Assembly (NCBI GenBank): GCA_951406725.2
Contig: OX597817.1
Span: 142,414,001 to 142,478,000, forward strand
From: Octopus vulgaris
Lineage: Eukaryota
Length of the DNA: 64,000 bases
Reading direction: 5' to 3'
Shown here: positions 12,494-25,384 of the stretch, piece after piece
Layout of the letters: the number at the start of each line of letters is the position of its first letter
How positions within the stretch are numbered: the first letter of the stretch is position 1
Notes under the pieces: model-generated
Told to the model about the DNA's origin: nothing
The model's database searches: none
Seen by the model: the letters and a program-made list of their open reading frames with translations, nothing else
Program-made: the position numbers and the translations under genes

Positions 12494-12844
12494 AATGACT
12501 CTGACGTACAGACAATGAGCGATTAGACATCTTAGCTGTTTATCGAACGATTCCATATCTCTAATCATGAATTTGTCTAGGGAGCACCTTACATGATTGC
12601 TGTCTGGCTTCAGGTCTGTTCTCTTTCATTCCATTCCTCACTCTCCACCTCTCTCTTTCTTCCTTCCATTCTTTCATTTTTTTTCTTCCTTCCTTCCTTC
12701 CTTCCTTTCTTTCTTTCTTTCTTTGTTCTTTATTTCTCACACATACACATACTATCTTTCTCTCTTTTTTTCTTTTCTCTCTCTCTATTCTCTTTCTCTC
12801 CCACTCATTCTCTCACGCTCTCATAAATACATAGATGCATGCAT

Positions 12845-13010
<166 letters not shown>

Positions 13011-13118
13011 CTGTATATAAATATGTGTGCGTGCGTGTGTGTGTGAATGTATGTTTGTGTGTATGTATTATGTATGTACATGTGTGTCAGTGTGTGCGTG
13101 TGAAAGGGTATTTGTATG

Positions 13119-13168
<50 letters not shown>

Positions 13169-13296
13169 CATACATACACATATATATACATACACATATA
13201 CATATACACACATATACATATGTATATAAATATATATATATTCAAATACATACGTATTTATGTATACATACATAGATACATACATACATACATACA

Positions 13297-13327
<31 letters not shown>

Positions 13328-13447
13328 GTAGATACATGGCAATATATGCGATTAAATTCCAAAGCAGCAATCTCTTTAACCTAAAAATTGATCGTTCAAA
13401 TTATTTATTCTTCATCTCTCATTTGCTCTCTATCTGTCAGTAATATA

Positions 13448-13506
<59 letters not shown>

Positions 13507-13844
13507 ACACACACAGTCACACAAACTCACACACACACAAACATACACATACACACACATACAGATGTCTATACACACAGACTGCATGTGTGCGTACATA
13601 TATATGTATATATATAAGTGTGTGTGTGTGTGTGTGTGCGTGTGTGTGTGTATAGATATATGCATGTGTATGTGTACGCTCACACACATATATAAAAATA
13701 GAGAGAGAGAGAGTTAGTGAGTGAGTGAAGGTAATTATTTAACATTGATTTTCAAGTTTTGCCTTTGAGTCACAGACGCACACACATACACACACTCACA
13801 CACACACACATACACACACGCGCGCGCGCGGGGCTTAATATATA

Positions 13845-14146
13845 TCTTTATATATAAAAGTGAAGTCGTGTGAGTGTCTGTCTCCTACGATTTAGATTCC
13901 TAACTACTCCCACATTTTGCGGTGCAGTTTAACCAAAAGCAGGTATCTTATAGTCGTGATTCATATCGAGCCCTTCTGGGTATTAGCTCGCGTCTACGAT
14001 GAGTCAACGATTTAAAAAAAATTTACCATCATTTTTTTCCATTTTTAATGCAATTTTTTGCTATAATATAAGGGAAGTAACTATCTGAAAATACTTATAT
14101 AGTTATTTCCCTTACAAACCCGAACAACGCCGGGCGATACTGCTAG
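13845..14146 (+). mobile_element. non-autonomous Helitron
   Basis: Begins A|TCTTTATATATAAAAG and ends with hairpin CCCGAACAACGCCGGG then CTAG|T (A/T insertion site, no TSD). Confidence 0.85.
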
Positions 14147-14529
14147 TATAATCTAAATAAGTGAACGGAGAAAGACTCTAACACATCTTTAATGACCAGT
14201 TACATTTGTTTCTGCATCACATCTACTTTCAACGCCAGGTGATGCCAAAGTTCAAGGCCAAAATATACATATTTGACGTTGAAACGTTCGAGTGGCACTT
14301 CTTCAGACCGGTATCAAATACCTGCTCTAACAGTGTGCAGTCATCAGTCTTTGCGTTTTGCTTATATCCACAGGAAACACAATATAACTAAAGGCAAAAT
14401 GTAAGTAGAATGATAAAAGAAAGGCAGGGTAAGTAAAGGGTGAATAGCAATGCAGATAAATGTATAGTTAGAGAATGAAGAAGCAGTAACAGTATATGTA
14501 TATATGTATACATATATATATATATATAT

Positions 14530-14601
<72 letters not shown>

Positions 14602-14620
14602 GCATCTATATATATATGCA

Positions 14621-15959
14621 TCTATATATATAAAACTCAACTTGTGTGTCTGTGTTTGTATCTGTGTGTGTGTCTGTGTGTTTAACTTCCTGGTACATCT
14701 CCTCCTAGCCAACAAATCGTAGAACCACCAAAAATGGGTCACTTGAAGTTTAGGCGAATGAAAATTGAACTGCGCTATTTCTGTTCCGAAATTCATCTCG
14801 CAAGTGCAATAATCGATAATGTGTTTGCTTAGGCCTTATCCCATGCATTGAATAGGGAACTTTACTCAGTCAGCTGTTTGACGTGAACTTTGTTCACCAC
14901 GTGTGCAAGCATACGTAAATTGCATGAAAAAAAAAATCAAGATATAAAAACGAATCACCGTAAACATTGTAGAAATTCGGCAAAGAAATGAATTTTCGGG
15001 ATGTAGCCTGAAGGGTTTTTTCGTATTCATCGTTTGGACTTTGTGAACACATACCAATTGTTTTCATAACATTTTTAACGATTTGAATTAAATGTAACCA
15101 TTTTGCGTTGAGTCTGCAGTTTGAATCACTTCAATCAAACTTTAGCAGGCCGGATTTTTGATCATCACGATACATCGCCAGCGACTCCCTGAAACTCTCC
15201 CCTGAAATCCCCGTTGAGAAATCTATATATATAAAACTCAACTTGTGTGTCTGTGTGTGTATCTGTGTGTGTGTGTCTATGTGTTTAACTTTTGGATCTA
15301 CCAAGTTTCATTATTAAGGATGGAAAGTAGTGTGTAACAAATCTATATATATAAAGCTGAGCTGGCAGAAACGTTAGCGCGCCGGGCGAAATGCTTAGCG
15401 GTATTTCGTCTGTCGTTACGTTCTGAGTTCAAGTCCCGCCGAGGTCAACTTTGCCTTTCATCCTTTCGGGTTGGATAAATAAAGAACCAGTTTCGCACTG
15501 GTAATCGACTTAATCCGTTTGTCTGTCCTTGTTTGTCCCCTCTATGTTTAGCCCCTTGTGGGTAGTGAAGAAATATATATAAAGCTGAAGTTGTCTGTGT
15601 GTGGCAGGTTTGGTAGCCTTCAACTAACACTATCTCCTTCGAGACCCTGCAGCGCAAGTTGACCAAAATTGAGAGTATGATAGAAGAAGGCTTGTTCTTC
15701 ATTCTGTAGAAGATAAAATTCAAATCGGACCTTGTTAACACCAATAATTATTTACATCAAAAAGGTGCTTTTTTTTCTATGAAAATCCCTATTTTTTACG
15801 ATTTTTGACTGCTGTGTCACCATTTTTCGGTGTATTTCAGCTGGAAAAATGTTCCCTTGAAGAGAATTACAAGTTGCATAATGCAAAATTTTTACTTTTT
15901 AAAAATTCCAATTCTAAGGGGTCGAAGCAAACCCAAGCAACACCGGGTGATACCGCTAG
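14621..15959 (+). mobile_element. composite non-autonomous Helitron (three 5' ends, one 3' end)
   Basis: A|TCTATATATATAAA starts at 14621, 15222 and 15342; single terminal hairpin CCCAAGCAACACCGGG + CTAG|T at 15956-15959. Confidence 0.8.
15361..15572 (+). mobile_element. SINE family C inserted in Helitron, 16-bp TSD
   Basis: GCTGGCAGAAACGTTAGCGCGCCGGGCGAAATGCTTAGCGG...GCCCCTTGTGGGTAGTGAAGAA; ATATATATAAAGCTGA at 15345-15360 and 15573-15588. Confidence 0.9.
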
Positions 15960-15982
15960 TAGATATATATATATATATATAT

Positions 15983-15998
15983 ACACTCACGCCTACAC

Positions 15999-16069
<71 letters not shown>

Positions 16070-17125
16070 CATGCACACACACACACATACATACATACAC
16101 CCATATACATACACACACACATACCTACATACTCCTATACGCACATACATACACACAGACATACACACATACACACTCACACAAACATACACACACACAT
16201 ACTTACACACACACTCACCTGCACGCGCACACACATGCATGACAAACACTCATACACTCACACTCACATACGCACACACCAACATAAACACGCACACGCA
16301 CACACACACCTACACTCCCACACACATACACACGCACCTACATACACACACGCACGCATACACACGCATACACACATACATTACACACGTACACACACAC
16401 CTACATACACATGCATACACACACACACACAAACATGCACGGACACACCCAGACATACATACATACACCTATATACACACGCCCACACACCTACATACAC
16501 ACACATATACACACGCCCACACAGCTACATACACACACATACATACACACATACACGGACACACCCATACATACTTACATACATACACCTATACACACAC
16601 GCCTACACACCTACACACACACATGCATACACACACACATGTACGCACATACACACACATATGCGCACACACATATATACCTACACACATGCACACACAC
16701 ACACATACGCACATACATGCACGCATGCACACGCGCACACCTACACGCATACACACACACACACGCACGTACACATACATACATACACACACGCATACAT
16801 ACACCCATACACATACATGCATCCTACACACACATACATACACACTCACACATACATACACACACACGCACTCACTCACACACCTGTATGTTCGCGCACA
16901 CACATGCACATACACACACTTCCCCACACCCACACGTACATACATACACACTCATACACATACACACACACACACACACACGGACATACATCTATGCACA
17001 CACATATATACACACATACTCACATACATTCATCGGACACACTGCCACCCAGACATACACACAGACACACTCACACATCCACACACACACATACGTACGC
17101 GCACACTCGCAGGCGCGCGCACACA
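15983..17125. repeat. long degenerate (CA)n/(CATA)n tract
   Basis: Direct reading; source of the 520/425/293-aa HT-repeat ORFs. Confidence 0.92.
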
Positions 17126-17169
17126 CGCGCTTGCGCCGGCTCGCGCACGCATGCGCGCCGCATGCACCT

Positions 17170-18096
<927 letters not shown>

Positions 18097-18124
18097 GTGT
18101 ATATATATATGTATATATATTTAT

Positions 18125-18342
18125 ATGTGTGTGCCTTTGTGTCTGTGTTTGTACGCCACCACCACCACCATCGTTTGACAACCGATGTTGGTGTGTTTAT
18201 GTTCACGAAATCTAGCAGTTCGGCTAAAGTGACCGATAGAATAAGTACTATTCTTACAAAGAATAAGTCCTCAGTTAGATGCCTACGGCTAAAGGCGGTG
18301 CTCCAGCATGGCCGCAGTCAAATGACTGAAACGTGTAAAACA
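18125..18342 (+). mobile_element. SINE family A, 3' half
   Basis: GACAACCGATGTTGGTGTGTTTA...GGCGGTGCTCCAGCATGGCCGCAGTCAAATGACTGAAAC. Confidence 0.85.
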
Positions 18343-18384
18343 ATATAAATGTTAAATTCTCACATTTATATCGATTTCAAAAAC

Positions 18385-18503
18385 TCCGATTTGACTTTAG
18401 CGTCCCCTAATTAATCCACTTTACCTGCAATATAATGTTACATGTTTACCATTATAGAAGGAAGTAATCCTACCGTCATTACTCCCGCTCCATTTACATT
18501 AAA
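18385..18503 (-). repeat. right arm of the ~125-bp inverted repeat pair
   Basis: Reverse complement of 12367-12493. Confidence 0.85.
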
Positions 18504-18592
18504 ACTCGAGTCAAGTGAGATTGTTCCTCTTGTTAGAGAAAGCAAAAACTTGTTGAAGAATTTAGGTAACCCTTTCTATTTCACCTATTAAG

Positions 18593-18846
18593 ACCCTGTA
18601 CGGTTGCCCCCCGGCTCCAAGATGTTAAGTGCCCACTTGGAATATCGACTGTATATTCATGACACTTACGGCCAGTCGTGCATTGCCGGCTATGATGAAA
18701 GGAAACTGAATCGAGATGGACTGTCGCCTCATCACTCGAGCTCCACTTTGAACGACGACTTTACAGCTGTGTCCAGCATCTCGATGCCGATGGTGGCATT
18801 GATACTGATGTGCAAGTTGATGTGCTCGCTATGGTCATCTCATTAG
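18593..18846 (+). CDS. candidate terminal coding exon of an unidentified, possibly GPI-anchored protein
   Basis: Pyrimidine tract CCCTTTCTATTTCACCTATTAAG| is followed by a non-repetitive open frame (D)PVRLPPGSKMLSAHLEYRLYIHDTYGQSCIAGYDERKLNRDGLSPHHSSSTLNDDFTAVSSISMPMVALILMCKLMCSLWSSH*. AATAAA lies at ~19471. The AAG acceptor is uncommon and no family is recognised. Confidence 0.42.
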
Positions 18847-19704
18847 GGACTGAGCAGAGCTAACTTTCGCTTTCAGTTCAAGTTTTAGCCTTAATTTATG
18901 TTCTATGTTCTTTTCATCAATGAAGAATCACAGCATGCTTCAGCATTTTCCGGAATGAGACCATAGTGCGCAGCTGTTTCGTCACTGGTTGGCTGGAAAT
19001 TCATCCTGCTTTGGCAACTGTACATATCCGTACTGAAGACAAACAGTCATACGCATGCGCGCAGAAGTATTCACTGATCGAAATACTTACTGATCCAAAT
19101 GATGAATGCGAGAGACTCTATAGTTCAGTAATTGACACAAACACGACTAACATGAACACTTTCCTTCTTTTCATACAAGTAAAGAAATATAATGAAATAC
19201 ATACAAAGAAGAGGAGAGAGAGACATAGAGAGACATAGAGACAGAGAAAGCAAGGAGGAAGAGGCGAGCGTTTTAGAGGGGAGATAAGAGAGGTGGAAGG
19301 TGAGAAAAACAGAAACATTCAAACGTTTAAAGCTAAATAAGTTAGTACCGAATAAGCAGCGCCCGATAAAGCAGTGCCCGATAAAGCAGCGCCAAGACGT
19401 CTCATATTCCAGTTTTTCGGCAAATGTGCCAAGCGTATATAATATTTCTCCTGGATCTTACTACATGTGAAATAAAAAAAAGAAACACGATATACATGTA
19501 TTGTGTGTGCGCGCGTGTGTGCGTGTGTGTGTGTGCGTGTGTGTGCGTGTATGTGTATCCTCCTACTCATTGACACATACGGCCATTCGTCCTTTGCGAT
19601 CTACAATGAGGGGGAATTGTATGTATACACACGCGCGCGCGCATATGCATATACATTTATATATATATATATATAGATAGATAGATAGATAGATAGATAT
19701 ATAG

Positions 19705-19784
<80 letters not shown>

Positions 19785-19791
19785 ATGTATA

Positions 19792-19848
<57 letters not shown>

Positions 19849-19997
19849 CAAGCTAAGCCTGAAAGTAATGAAGTCATAAAAGAATCATCCATAACTTGCA
19901 ATAAGCAACATTTATTAAACGTTATTACTGTTATTTCATTATTTTCTGCAAACAAAATGCACAAAAAAAGCTACACGTTTGCATTATGTTATATATG

Positions 19998-20065
19998 TGG
20001 GACTGAACCCGGAACTATGTGGTTTCTAAGCAAGCTACTGACCACCCACCCACTCCTTCGTCTAT
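19998..20065 (-). mobile_element. SINE family A head fragment
   Basis: GGGACTGAACCCGGAACTATGTGGTTTCTAAGCAAGCTACTGACCACCCACCCACTCC. Confidence 0.75.
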
Positions 20066-20928
20066 ACATACATATGTATACGTATTTATATTATTTCAGC
20101 ATGTATATATGTGTTTGTATATGTGTGTGTCTGTGTGTATGTGTGGGTGTGTGGGTGTATATATGTGTATCCATAAATGGCGACTCTTTTTCGATGTGTG
20201 CACCTTTCTTACATACGCACTTCAGTGTCCGTACATAATTCCTCACTTCCCAGCTCTCCATTTTTTAATGCAGGATAGTCCTTGATCCATTTCTAATAAA
20301 TTAACTATCTTCGCACGCTCTTTATGTTGTCCGCCTCTCCATCTCTGCAACATTTGTTTCCGTGAAAATTCAACGTTGACGTTGGCGAGGACGTGAAATA
20401 TTGTAAATTCCTACAAAAGCCCTATACAAATATATATATGTATATATATATATATATATGTCTTTCTGTATCTGGTCACTCCAGTATATTTTACATGCAT
20501 CACTTGGCGAGCTACAAGGATATAGGCATCAATGATTCTTTGCCATCTCGACTACTCAAGCTGGATGCGAGTGCAATAGCTTTGCGCTGGCGAAACACAT
20601 TAGAATTTTGGGCTAAGCATGATTAATGATTAATGAATATGTGTAGTTTCTAGAAGTATTATTTATCATGTATATACATATATGTGTGTGTGTGTGAGTG
20701 TGTCTGTGTCTGTGTCTGTGTGTGTGTCGGTGTCTTTGTCTGTGTGTTTGTGTGAGTATATATATATATATATATATACATATATATACACATACATATA
20801 TGTATACATATGTATATATAAATATATATAGTCAATCCGATCAAGAATAAGCAAGAAAAAAAAAGAAAAAAATATATACACACATAAATATATATTACAC
20901 ATATTCTTGAAACCCTACACCCACATAG

Positions 20929-21024
<96 letters not shown>

Positions 21025-21040
21025 ATATATATATAATATA

Positions 21041-21104
<64 letters not shown>

Positions 21105-22059
21105 TATATACATACACACACTTCATGACATTCCTATTTACATAAATGTGTATGTATCTATGTTTGTATTCTCACACACATGTATATATATATACATCAT
21201 ACATATACTCTTGCATCACTACACCCACATTCATGTATATACAGATATATATATTTATATGTATATATATATCTATATATATATATGTATGTATATATAT
21301 GTACACACACAGTTAACATGAATTATGAATTCCCTATTTACCTATGTGTGTGTATATATGTACGTATTTATGCATGTATGTAGAAATGCATGTATAAATG
21401 CATGTATGTGTATACACACACAAACACACACACATGTGGTGAGAGAGAGAGAGAGAGAGAGCGCGGGGTGTAATAACTCCTCGTCTTTCCAATTCAAAAA
21501 TGTGAATATGAGTGAAATAATTCCCGATATTTCCATTTCTTATTTGCAAAGGCTAACTGCATTTTGTATACTTTCCAAGTTTCAGCCCTCAGTTAATTGT
21601 AATCATTGAAGTTATCTCCCATAATTGTGTTTTTACTGTTTGAGAATTACGTACAACAACAAACGGGAGCTTTTGTCCAGTAATAATAAGGATGTTGTCC
21701 GACACATCTGTCCGACGGAGAAGTTATAACTGAGGAGACACACAAAGAGGCCGAAACATTGCGGTGTCTCAAGTTCCCTTATACCGGTCAGGATACGATC
21801 GCTGTTGTTTGTTCATCACCAGAGAATACCCTTGAGACGATATATGTTCATCACACACTCATTCTTTCACTGATATAAGAGAACTTAAGACACCACGAAG
21901 TCTCGACCTTGTTATGTGTTTCGTCATTCATAGATAACTACTCTGTTGGACCAATGAGATTGACAACAGCACTGGCTCTTATTTGCAGGAATCAGCGCAC
22001 AAATTATTTACTGATTCATATGGATACGTTATTCTTTCGATTCTCTCGTTACTTGGCAT

Positions 22060-22420
22060 TTGGTGGATGCCGTTACCCTTATCTGCGTTTCTTGTCCCGA
22101 ATTAGGCTCATCTGGTATTCTTGAGAAGTGAAGATCCAGTTTCGTTTTGAAGAAACCTACATCCACCCCTCGCAGATCTCTCAGACTTGGTGGGAATACT
22201 GAAGAACAGTGGGATCTTGGAACTCAAGCTGTTGCAGTGTCGGTCCTGTATCTTGATGGTGATGTCGGGATATTTGGCAGTATGATGTGGTGCCCCGTTC
22301 TACTGATTGCCAAAATTTGATACAAGCCATTCTAAGGTTTTCCAGATGTATATTACTACATATCTTTCCCGCCTTCATTCTAGAAAATAGAGTCTCGACT
22401 GTTTCAGCCTTACACATTGT
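22060..22420 (-). mobile_element. CR1/L2-group LINE ORF2 C-terminal remnant
   Basis: Minus frames give RLKQSRLYFLE*RRERYVVIYIWKTLEWLVSNFG ... HCNSL ... PSLRDLRGVDVGFFKTKLDLHFSRIPDEP, typical of the end of CR1/L2/Crack-type ORF2; stops and frameshifts are present. Confidence 0.8.
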
Positions 22421-22507
22421 TTTCGTCAGCCGTAAGGCTTAATTCTCACTCAATACGCCAGCTGAATTCAACTCGTCTCTAGTCGAAAGACGCCTGTTCT
22501 TATGTCC

Positions 22508-22583
<76 letters not shown>

Positions 22584-22629
22584 GTTTTTGGTATTTATAT
22601 TCGTATTATTTTTGGGGGTTTTTTTTGTA

Positions 22630-22883
22630 TTTCTATTCGTGTAACATCGTCTGTTTTTCTGTTCTTGTTTCGTACACATTCGATCCTTTTCCGAGAATCT
22701 AATACTCTTAGCTTAGATTTTCCTTGGGGCTGGCCAGATTGGAAAAATATCAAGATTAATCAGCCGATATTGCGAGGATGATCCAGTTCTTGACTGAAGA
22801 TTAAAGGCGTCGAATGACCCGTCTGTGTTTTTTTGTATCGTCTGTTTGGATGTTTGGTTTTCTTGTCCCATTTTGTAGTCTCG

Positions 22884-22885
<2 letters not shown>
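22630..22885 (+). mobile_element. dispersed repeat, probably a Penelope-like terminus (second copy inverted at 45965-46092)
   Basis: TCAAGATTAATCAGCCGA(T/A)ATTGCGA.GATGATCCAGTTCTTGACTGA.GA...TTCTTGTCCCA is shared with 45965-46092(-); sits next to (TA)n. Confidence 0.55.
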
Positions 22886-22936
<51 letters not shown>

Positions 22937-22937
22937 A

Positions 22938-23030
22938 ATGTCCCTAGATTGTAAAATTCTGAGGATCCATGAGCACATTTTGTGGGCAACATCGTCTTTT
23001 TTGTTGATGTACACACTCCAGCTAAGGTTC
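22938..23030 (-). mobile_element. CR1/L2-group LINE RT C-terminal fragment
   Basis: Minus translation NLSWSVYINKKDDVAHKMCSWILRILQSRD matches the LSW--HI------A-----WILR-F-SRD motif. Confidence 0.75.
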
Positions 23031-23376
23031 CTGTCGACAAGACAACAAAAAATGTCAGACAGACCGGTCAGTTATTCGTTTCCAATTTTTTGTAAATTCT
23101 TAAATATATTTCCTGTATATATATATATTACCAAACCAACATGATTTTTATTGAATCCAAAATATACATAGTATTTCCTTTCTTGAATACTTTCTTGCAA
23201 ACTGTTTTTAACATTTTCCTATTATTATCAAAGACTGTATAACTGTATTTTATTACTTTTGTGATAATCATTTTTTCACACAACAAAGCTTATACAAAGA
23301 TTCACATTTTACTTTTGATAATCTTTGGTCAAATCAATAAACATCTCTAAAAGACCTTTGCATTTTCAAGCCTTTC

Positions 23377-23432
<56 letters not shown>

Positions 23433-23647
23433 CCTTCAGCATAAGAGAGATTTTTACTCCTCAGTAACTTCAGTGAATTTTGAAGTAAAATATGTCACAA
23501 CCATATTTTGACTTAGCCTAATGGTCATTTATTCATCATCACTTCTTAAGCGGTGATGTTGCTATTTTGATTCCAACCAGGCGGTCCTCGAGCGTTTTTC
23601 AGTTATAGATGTTGCTGAATCTGTCCGTGATTATCTCTTTCCAGTAT

Positions 23648-23689
23648 TTCTCATGAGGATGGCTAAAGACCCAGAAATGCTCCCGAGAA
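23648..23689 (+). ncRNA. degenerate Penelope-type hammerhead motif
   Basis: UUCUC-AUGAGGA-UGG-CUAAAGAC-CCA-GAAA-UGCUCCC-GAGAA: stem I UUCUC/GAGAA, stem II UGG/CCA, C3A mutation. Confidence 0.45.
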
Positions 23690-23862
23690 TCCGGTAGAGG
23701 ATGTTGTCTTTTTTTTACATGTTTTACTGTAAGAGAGAATTGTTTTCGCCACTGTAGCTGCAGTGGATTTGCCATTTAAATAAACCTAAAGTTCATCTAA
23801 ATGCATATATATATATATATATGAGTGTGTATGGATGTGAGTGTGTGTGTGTGTGGATAATA

Positions 23863-23961
<99 letters not shown>

Positions 23962-24192
23962 ACAATTGCAGCGTGGGAGGTGTTTATAAACCATTTAAGA
24001 AACACACAAAAACCGTTAGATTCACTTCAACATTTAAATTTAATTTGTCAAAATATTTCGTCGCTTTGAGACCGCGACCTGTTCACTGACAACATTCCGT
24101 GCTGCAATATATATATATATATATATATGTATAATTAACAGAATGAGTTAAGAGTCCAAGGCTGTGAAAGATTTCAGAACATTTATAAAGAG

Positions 24193-24240
24193 ATCTTACA
24201 GCTGTTACCGGGATATTTTATATATCCCTTCATCGGAGAC
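24193..24240 (-). ncRNA. Penelope-type hammerhead motif (mutated core)
   Basis: Minus GUCU-CCGAUGA-A-GGGAUAU-AUAAA-AUAUCCC-GGUAA-CAGCUG-UA-AGAU: 7-bp stem II, palindromic stem III, GUA triplet, stem I GUCU/AGAU. Confidence 0.6.
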
Positions 24241-24290
24241 GGCGTGAGAAGATAGTAAACCAAATAAATATTTCAATCATCGAACAACAG

Positions 24291-24362
<72 letters not shown>

Positions 24363-24382
24363 TATGTATGTATGTATGTATG

Positions 24383-24419
<37 letters not shown>

Positions 24420-24422
<3 letters not shown>

Positions 24423-24575
24423 GAAATTTACAGAAAAACAAAAGACGAAGACAGGTGTATAAAAAACAAGCAGGTGCGTTAGTTTGACGCTTGGGAAGGT
24501 GAGAACGTCTTTTACGTTTCGAGCCTACGCTCTTCAACAGAAAAGAACACGAGGATATAAACAGAGAGAGAATAT
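24420..24575 (-). mobile_element. Penelope-like terminus with hammerhead-like motif at 24508-24545
   Basis: Minus UUUU-CUGUUGA-A-GAGC-GUAG-GCUC-GAAA-CG-UA-AAAG; abuts (TA)n. Confidence 0.65.
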
Positions 24576-24611
24576 ACGTACACGCATACATACGTACATA
24601 AATATATGTGC

Positions 24612-24647
<36 letters not shown>

Positions 24648-24654
24648 ATACATG

Positions 24655-24862
24655 TGTTTGGAGAGGTGTCGGTGATTGGCCCGCACAACCACTTGACAAC
24701 CGGTGTTGGTGTGGTTACGTCCCCGCAACGTAATGACCAATAAAATAATACTTTGCTTAGAAATAAATACTGGAATCGATTTGCTCGCCTATAATTCTTG
24801 AAGGTGGTGCCTCAGCATGGCCGCAGTCTAAAGACTGAAACAAATAAAAGAAATAAAAGATG
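24655..24862 (+). mobile_element. SINE family A-related, 3' half
   Basis: CTTGACAACCGGTGTTGGTGTGGTTACGTCCCC...GGTGCCTCAGCATGGCCGCAGTCTAAAGACTGAAACAAATAAAAG. Confidence 0.8.
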
Positions 24863-24904
24863 AAATACAAATCTACAAAAATTTGAAATCAAAGAGGAAA
24901 TCAA

Positions 24905-25140
24905 AGAGGAAGCCACTACGTGGAACATTGGCCTGCTAGAAATAGCAACCAAAACACCCTCATATCACACCATTTAGACTTTTGAAAAAGGGGAAAGAAA
25001 AGGAGCAGGCAATAAGGTTACATTATACTATGTAGTCCTAGATACACTATGCATGAAAACATATAATTGATGATCATGGCTGGAAATACTTCGATCATAG
25101 ATCTTCTCGCTTAAAGCCGTCCTGGGGTTAAATAGCAATA
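24905..25140 (+). mobile_element. older dispersed repeat, family E (other copies ~42330-42530, 44320-44525, 52295-52490(-), 63140-63330(-))
   Basis: Shared CTGCTAGAAATAGCA.CCAAA...ATGTAGTCCTAGATA...ATGGCTGGAA...TTGATCATAGAT...CCTGGGGTTAAA + (AAC)n tail. Confidence 0.65.
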
Positions 25141-25384
25141 AAACTTACAATATTACATGTTATAGTTTAGTCCCAGACGAAAAGTGTTCTAACTGACGAT
25201 CCTACCGTGACCATTCCAACTTTAATTCAGATAAAGTATACCGAGGAAATCCTTATTTGATATTCTATTGAACAAGGCTGCACGGTGGCGGAATGGAAGC
25301 GCTGAAGAGGGAGTTCACTGTTATTTCTAGCATACAAAACGAACACGTGCAGGCTTTCCTCACCAATGGCTCTCGTTAGGATAG

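Noticed and set aside
21725-21765. Hammerhead motif CUGAGGA...GAAA
   Set aside because: Stems I and II cannot be paired convincingly; the same holds for 405-440 and for the CUGA(A/U)GA in the 22630/45965 repeat.
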